Assembly (NCBI GenBank): GCA_905233365.1
Contig: CAJODT010000018.1
Span: 1-59,235, forward strand
Reading direction: 5' to 3'
Source of the DNA: an uncultured Succiniclasticum sp.
GTDB lineage: Bacteria > Bacillota > Negativicutes > Acidaminococcales > Acidaminococcaceae
Length of the DNA: 59,235 nucleotides
Below the pieces are notes generated by a model. The model saw nothing but the letters and a program-made list of their open reading frames with translations. It made no database searches and was not told the DNA's origin. Shown piece by piece: positions 54,254 to 59,235 of this stretch; position 1 is the first letter of the stretch, and the number at the start of each line of letters is the position of its first letter. Made by a program: the position numbers and the translations under genes.

Positions 54254-55120
54254 CTATGCAAACTTCTTTCCTGTCAGCAGTTCGTAGGCTTCTTTGTATT
54301 TTCCAATGGTCTTTTCGATAATATCTTGGGGCAGGTCGCTGGCGTTGTTGGCTTTCAGGTAATCGCGGACGAACTGTTTGTCGTAAGAGGGCTGGGATTT
54401 GCCGGCTTCGTATCCCTTCAGGGGCCAGAAGCGGCTGTTGTCCGGGGTCAGCATTTCGTCTGCCAGCACCACGTTACCTTTTTCATCCAGGCCGAATTCA
54501 AATTTGGTGTCGGCAATGATGATGCCGCGTTCCAGCGCGTAGTCCGCGCATTTTTTGTACAGAGCCAGGGTCAGGTCGCGCATCTTTTCCATGTACTCTT
54601 TGCCTTTGCCGGGGAAGAACTTTTCCACCCACACGATGCCTTCTTCCATGGAGATGTTCATATCGTGTTCGCCCACGGGAGCTTTGGTGGAAGGAGTGAA
54701 GAGGGGTTCCGGCAATTTCTGGCATTCCTGCAGGCCTTCCGGCAGTTCGATGCCGCAGATCTTGCCTTCTTTTTTATAGCTTTCCCAGCCGCTGCCGGTG
54801 ATGTACCCGCGCACTACGCACTCCACGGGCAGCATTTCCAGCTTCTGGGTCTTCATGCTCCGGCCTTCAAATTCCGGAGTCTGGAAGAACTCCGGCATGT
54901 CTTTCGTATCGATGGAGATCATGTGGTTTGGCACGATGTCTCTGGTGAAATCGAACCAGAATTTGGACATTTTGTTCAGGACAGCGCCTTTTTCCGGTAC
55001 CGGGTCTTTTAAAATCACATCAAACGCGGAAATGCGGTCGGTGCAAACCATGACCAGGCTGTCGCCCAGATCGTACAGCTCCCGGACCTTGCCGGATTTA
55101 AAAGGTTTATATTCTTTCAT
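54254..55120 (-). CDS. purC: SAICAR synthase
   Basis: SGKVRELY, TDRISAFD, ECVVRGY, ADTKFEFG and DEMLTPDNSRFW motifs. Confidence 0.96.
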   Translation of the reverse strand: MKEYKPFKSGKVRELYDLGDSLVMVCTDRISAFDVILKDPVPEKGAVLNKMSKFWFDFTRDIVPNHMISIDTKDMPEFFQTPEFEGRSMKTQKLEMLPVECVVRGYITGSGWESYKKEGKICGIELPEGLQECQKLPEPLFTPSTKAPVGEHDMNISMEEGIVWVEKFFPGKGKEYMEKMRDLTLALYKKCADYALERGIIIADTKFEFGLDEKGNVVLADEMLTPDNSRFWPLKGYEAGKSQPSYDKQFVRDYLKANNASDLPQDIIEKTIGKYKEAYELLTGKKFA

Positions 55121-55137
55121 GTTGGTCTTCCTTTCTG

Positions 55138-55152
55138 TTAATCAGTGTTACC
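55138..55152. mobile_element. Solo MITE terminal repeat in the purC leader
   Basis: TTAATCAGTGTTACC, one mismatch from the family TIR. Confidence 0.5.
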
Positions 55153-55290
55153 TAAAAAATACACAATAATTTTAGCACAAACCGGCAGCTTGTTACAAGA
55201 TGTATTTTAACAATTACAAATATATGACAAAAAATAGAGGCCCGGCAGTTCCACTTTTCCGGAATTTGTGGTAAAATAACTGCACATATA

Positions 55291-55390
55291 CGCCATAGAG
55301 CGTCTGCGGTTAAAGTCCGGTTTAATTTACGGGGACATTCGCAGTGTTCTATTGCGAACAGTAATAATTAAACGCCATGGATTTGGGCGG
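55291..55390 (+). ncRNA. Candidate structured 5' leader RNA (unclassified)
   Basis: Downstream of extended -10 TGTGGTAAAAT (55267-55277). Nested pairings ATAGAGC/GTTCTAT, CTGCG/CGCAG and GTCC/GGAC, then a CGCC/GGCG hairpin before the RBS. Confidence 0.4.
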
Positions 55391-55412
55391 AACACGAGGG
55401 GATCGTTTTATT

Positions 55413-56825
55413 ATGTCAATTCAATTGTTGATCGTCGTGCTGTATGTCGCGATGTTGTTCGGGATTTCATTTTACGTAAAGCACAGGGCAGAGGAGAGCG
55501 CCACGGAATACCAGTTTGCGGGCCGCAAGTTCGGCGCGGGGCTGATCGCCGTCAGCGTTACCGGTATGGCGGTGGGCGCGGCTTCCACCGTGGGCGTGGC
55601 GGAAAGCGCTACCCGCATCGGCCTGTCAGCCGGCTGGTACAATGGGGCCTGGTCCATCGGCGCCATCTTTATGGGCCTGGTGGCGGCGGGCAAGTACCGC
55701 ACGCTGGAATGTACCACGGTGCCGGAACTGTTTGAGCGCTGCTACGATAAAAAAGCGCGCATCATCAGCGTTATCGGCCTGGCCATCATTTTATCCTGCA
55801 TCACTTCGTTGCAGTATGTGGCCGGCGGTTCCATCCTTTCTACTTTGATGCCCGACGTGTTTACCATGAAGACGGGCATGATCACCAGTGCCGTTGTGTT
55901 TATCGGCATCACGGTCATCGGCGGCATGTGGTCTTCCGGTTTGTCCAGTGTGCTGAGCGTGCTGATCATTTACCTGGGCATCATCTTTTGTATGGTGAAG
56001 ATACTGATCCGTGACGGCGGTATGGCCGGTATCGTGGCCAAGCTGCCACCCATGCCTTTTGACTGGGCGGATCCTTTCGGCGGCCTGACCGCAGCCATGC
56101 TGATGGGCTGGATCATCGTCATGATGACCCAGACTGTAACGGGCGCGCCGGTGCAGATCGCTACAAGCTCCAAATCGGAAAGTGCAGCCCGGAACGGCTT
56201 TATCCTGGGCGGCCTCATCATTTTCCCCATCGGCTTCTTCTCCGCTGTGTTGGGTATGGCGGCCAAGGCCCAGTATCCGGACATCAATCCTACCCTGGCA
56301 TTGCCCCAGATCATCATGAGCCTGGATCCGTTCTCTTCCGGCATCACGCTGGCGGCCCTGTGGGCGGCGGACGTTTCCACGGCCTGCACCATCCTGCTGG
56401 GCGCCGGCACCCTGATCGCCCAGGATATTTACAAACGTTTCTTCAATCCGGACATTACCCCGGATAAATACATGAAGGCAAGCCGCTTTATTATTTTGGC
56501 GGTAGGTCTGGTAACACTTTGGATGGCCTTCAACGCGGTGGGCATCGTGAAGATGATGCTGACAGGTCTGAGTCTGACGACGGCATTCACTCTTGTCTTT
56601 CTGGCTACCATGTTTGCGCCGGGACTGTGCCGTCGCAACACGGCCTTTTACACCACGCTGGTTGGTCTCATTGGGCTTTTTGCCTGGCAGATGTTCCCGT
56701 CGGTGCGTGTGCTGCCTCATCCCATTTACTTTGAGTGGATCATCTGCACGATCACGCTGCTGGTGGTACGGGTCATCGACAAGGAACCCATGACGCCGCC
56801 GGCAATAAAGAAAGATATTGACTGA
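55413..56825 (+). CDS. Sodium:solute symporter family protein
   Basis: YQFAGR, VGAASTVG, TVPEL and AALWAADVST motifs, ~13 TM segments. ATG 55413 after GAGGGG. Confidence 0.9.
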   Translation: MSIQLLIVVLYVAMLFGISFYVKHRAEESATEYQFAGRKFGAGLIAVSVTGMAVGAASTVGVAESATRIGLSAGWYNGAWSIGAIFMGLVAAGKYRTLECTTVPELFERCYDKKARIISVIGLAIILSCITSLQYVAGGSILSTLMPDVFTMKTGMITSAVVFIGITVIGGMWSSGLSSVLSVLIIYLGIIFCMVKILIRDGGMAGIVAKLPPMPFDWADPFGGLTAAMLMGWIIVMMTQTVTGAPVQIATSSKSESAARNGFILGGLIIFPIGFFSAVLGMAAKAQYPDINPTLALPQIIMSLDPFSSGITLAALWAADVSTACTILLGAGTLIAQDIYKRFFNPDITPDKYMKASRFIILAVGLVTLWMAFNAVGIVKMMLTGLSLTTAFTLVFLATMFAPGLCRRNTAFYTTLVGLIGLFAWQMFPSVRVLPHPIYFEWIICTITLLVVRVIDKEPMTPPAIKKDID

Positions 56826-56864
56826 AATACAATAACAAAATAAAAGAACAGGCAACGCAAAAAC

Positions 56865-56983
56865 GGAAACGATTGCTATTCCATGGATTTATGTGCCTAT
56901 GGCTTCGAAACTCGGGGCTTCGCCCCTCAGACAGTCTCGCCATGACGGCACATTTCATCTCATGGAACGACGCAATCGTTTCC
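56865..56983. repeat. ~119-bp imperfect palindrome (MITE/REP-like) between convergent genes
   Basis: 12-bp perfect termini GGAAACGATTGC/GCAATCGTTTCC. Inner arms TTCCATG/CATGGAA and ATGTGCC/GGCACAT. Internal GGGGCTTCGCCCC hairpin. Confidence 0.75.
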
Positions 56984-56993
56984 TATGTTTTGC

Positions 56994-59193
56994 TTATGCC
57001 TGTTCTTTTGCTTTTGCTTCTGCTTTTTTCTTTTCGGTTTTCAAAATCTCGGCGGCCTTATCTTTGATTTTGCAGATGCGGTCTGTCCAGGCGAAGAGCT
57101 CCGGCAGATCGTAATCGCCGTCGTGACCGTAGCCCCAGGGGACTTTGAAGTCAACAGCTTTGCCATTGTTCTTTAACTTCAGGGCAAGCAGGGCAGGGAT
57201 GGCCAACGCAGTGTCCCGGTCCAGCGCGCCGTGACGGATACGCCAGTGGGGCGCGGTCTGCACGTCTGCGCGTCCGATATAGCTCATGGGGTTCATCATG
57301 GCGACGACGTTGCTGTCTGCCATGTATGGGGACACGTCCAGCTTGTCTTTTTCCATCTGTTCTTCCAGATTTGCTTTTTGCAGCCGCAGCTTTTCCAGAG
57401 GCGAAGCCAGACGCATGGCTTCGTCCTTTTCTTTTTGCGCCGCTTCTTCCTCTTTCCGTTTGGGAACGGTTACCAGACTGCTGTGCTCCAGCCCGAAGCG
57501 GGTGAAATGTTTGTTGGCAATGTTGTACGTTCCAAACTCGTTGTTCTCCCCGGTGGACATGTCAAAGGCGTCGAAGGCCGGAACACCTTTCAGCCGTTTT
57601 ACCGCGGCAATGTATTTGTCAAAATCCATGTGCACCGCAGTGTTATCGCTGACGGTGATCCAGGGCGTGTCTTTGATATCTTCCCCGGTATCGATGGCGT
57701 CCTGGGCGGAAGCAAGATACAATGATTCAATGTACTCGCGGAAGAGTCCGTTTCCGTCCGGCGCCAGATTCACATGATTGCCCAGGGAGTCGCGTAGGTT
57801 GAGAGTGTTCAGGTATTCGGAGAAGTCTTCCTTCAGCTCTGCAGAGATTGCCTTCTGGTCCGGTGAAATTGGCGTGCCGGTTTTTGCTTCGCCCGGCGCG
57901 TTGTCCGGACGGTTCGGTAACGTGTCATAAGAAGAGGCGTCCCTGTCCGCAGCAGCCATACTCCTGGCAAATCCGCGTCCGTAATACTCGTCCGCGTTAT
58001 GGAACATCCACTCGTACGCCATGTCCGCGTTCTCCAGATTGGTGATGGGGCAGTAGGCCATGGAGGCAAAAACATCGTCCCGTTCTTTGGCAGCGCCCAG
58101 TTCATTTAAGTAAGGCACATATTCTTTCGCGTTGCCCGTTGCGCCCAGCAGGGCAGACAGAGCGCCCCCGGCACTGGTACCGCTGGAGATGATCTTTTCC
58201 GTATCGCCGGCGGGAATGCGCCCGGTTTTGCGGTTGTGGCGCACAAAACGCACCGCGGCTTTGTAATCCACAATCAACGACGGCGCCTTTCCGGTCTCGT
58301 AACCGTTCCGGTGTTTCAGCGAGCGGCCCCGGATGGCAGGGGAGATCACAACGTAACCGTTGCTCAGGGCATACAGGGCAGCGTTGGCGCCGCCGTGCCG
58401 TGAATCCTCCTGCGGCTCTTCAATTTTACCCGGCAGGTAGCCGCCCACACCGTTGGGCATGAAAATGGGAGCTGTTTCTGCCGTAAAGCCGTTTACGGTT
58501 CCGCCCTTGAAATACGCTTCCGGAATGTACACGCTCAGCATCTGGCTTTCCGGATCGTAAGGCTTCCGCACATAAACAAGATGCTCGAAAGCCCGGAAGG
58601 TCACCGTCTCGCCGTTAGCGTTCAGGGTTCTTTTTGCATAATCTTTGGGGTCAAAGTCGATGCTGTACTCCTGCCGGTTTTTAAACGCGGCAGCAAAGGC
58701 TTCGGCTTTTTTGTTTTGCTTTCTGGCCCGGTTTTTCAGAAACGCGTCCCGCTGCAGCTGCAGCTTTTTAATATCTTTGAGCTTTTTCTTCCGCCAGTTC
58801 CTCCTTGGTCATCTTTGCGACGCCGTGAGAGGGGACCTCGCTGCCGGGAATGCCTTCGCCTTCTTTCAGGAACTCGTTCTGAACCGGTTTGAATTCTGCG
58901 GAGTGGTCGGCGTGAATAACGTATTCCGGCGTACCGGTCTCCACAGAAGATTTATCACCTTTTGCCTTTGCTTTGCTTTTCGCTGAGTTAGCTGTTTCCT
59001 TTTGTGCAGTGCCCGCGGTTTGTTTATTCGTGGCATCTGCTGTTTGCTCATTCGCTGCATCCTGTGTAATTACCGCATCGCTCTTCGCCGCAGCTTCAGC
59101 AAAAACGGGGCTGGCAATTGCTGCCCCCTGCAACAGGGCAGCGGCGATGGCAGCAGCCAGGTATTTTGAAGCTAGATTTGATTTAAAAAACAT
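56994..59193 (-). CDS. Secreted tannase-like (subtype B) alpha/beta hydrolase, frameshifted at 58783-58787 in this sequence
   Basis: The signal-peptide ORF 59193-58768 continues after a 1-nt shift (KLKDIKKLQ...VTFRAFE) into ORF 58604-56994, which carries GTSAGG, YCPITNL..AD.AYEW, RIRHG..DRD and HDGDYDL.ELF.W. Confidence 0.75.
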
Positions 59194-59235
59194 GACGGCT
59201 CTCCTTGTATGATTGGAAAGAATCGGTGTGCAATC

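Overview
A 59 kb chromosomal window from an anaerobic bacterium. Gene content and style suggest Negativicutes, possibly Acidaminococcaceae or Succiniclasticum-like; this is an inference. The left end (1-~2330) is the AT-rich tail of a restriction-modification island. Next is a ~7.6 kb block bracketed by two inverted ~102-bp repeats. It holds cidA/lrgB, a broken diguanylate cyclase, a CCG-type Cys-rich protein and a three-gene nitrogenase-like (NifH/NifD/NifK-like, group IV-type) operon with a Fur-box-like operator and no nifB/E/N. A DinJ-YafQ toxin-antitoxin pair follows. The rest is mostly housekeeping and metabolism: crr, nth, recQ-like, typA, uraA, transaldolase, a Fur-family regulator, rlmD, ilvBN, carB and purC, plus c-di-GMP enzymes, TRAP/DcuC/SSS transporters, M20 hydrolases and a tannase-like esterase. 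The most notable items are: (1) the apparently iron-regulated nitrogenase-like operon of unknown substrate; (2) a T-box riboswitch, most likely Leu-specific, controlling a TRAP DctPQM transporter; (3) a 4-oxalocrotonate tautomerase fused to a ~90-aa Lys/Ala tail; (4) a candidate unclassified leader RNA before a sodium:solute symporter; (5) a ~159-bp MITE family with about nine copies or remnants; (6) a recurring pattern of short deletions and frameshifts that may be assembly errors. No rRNA, tRNA or CRISPR array was seen. All protein calls come from motif recognition by eye, not database searches.
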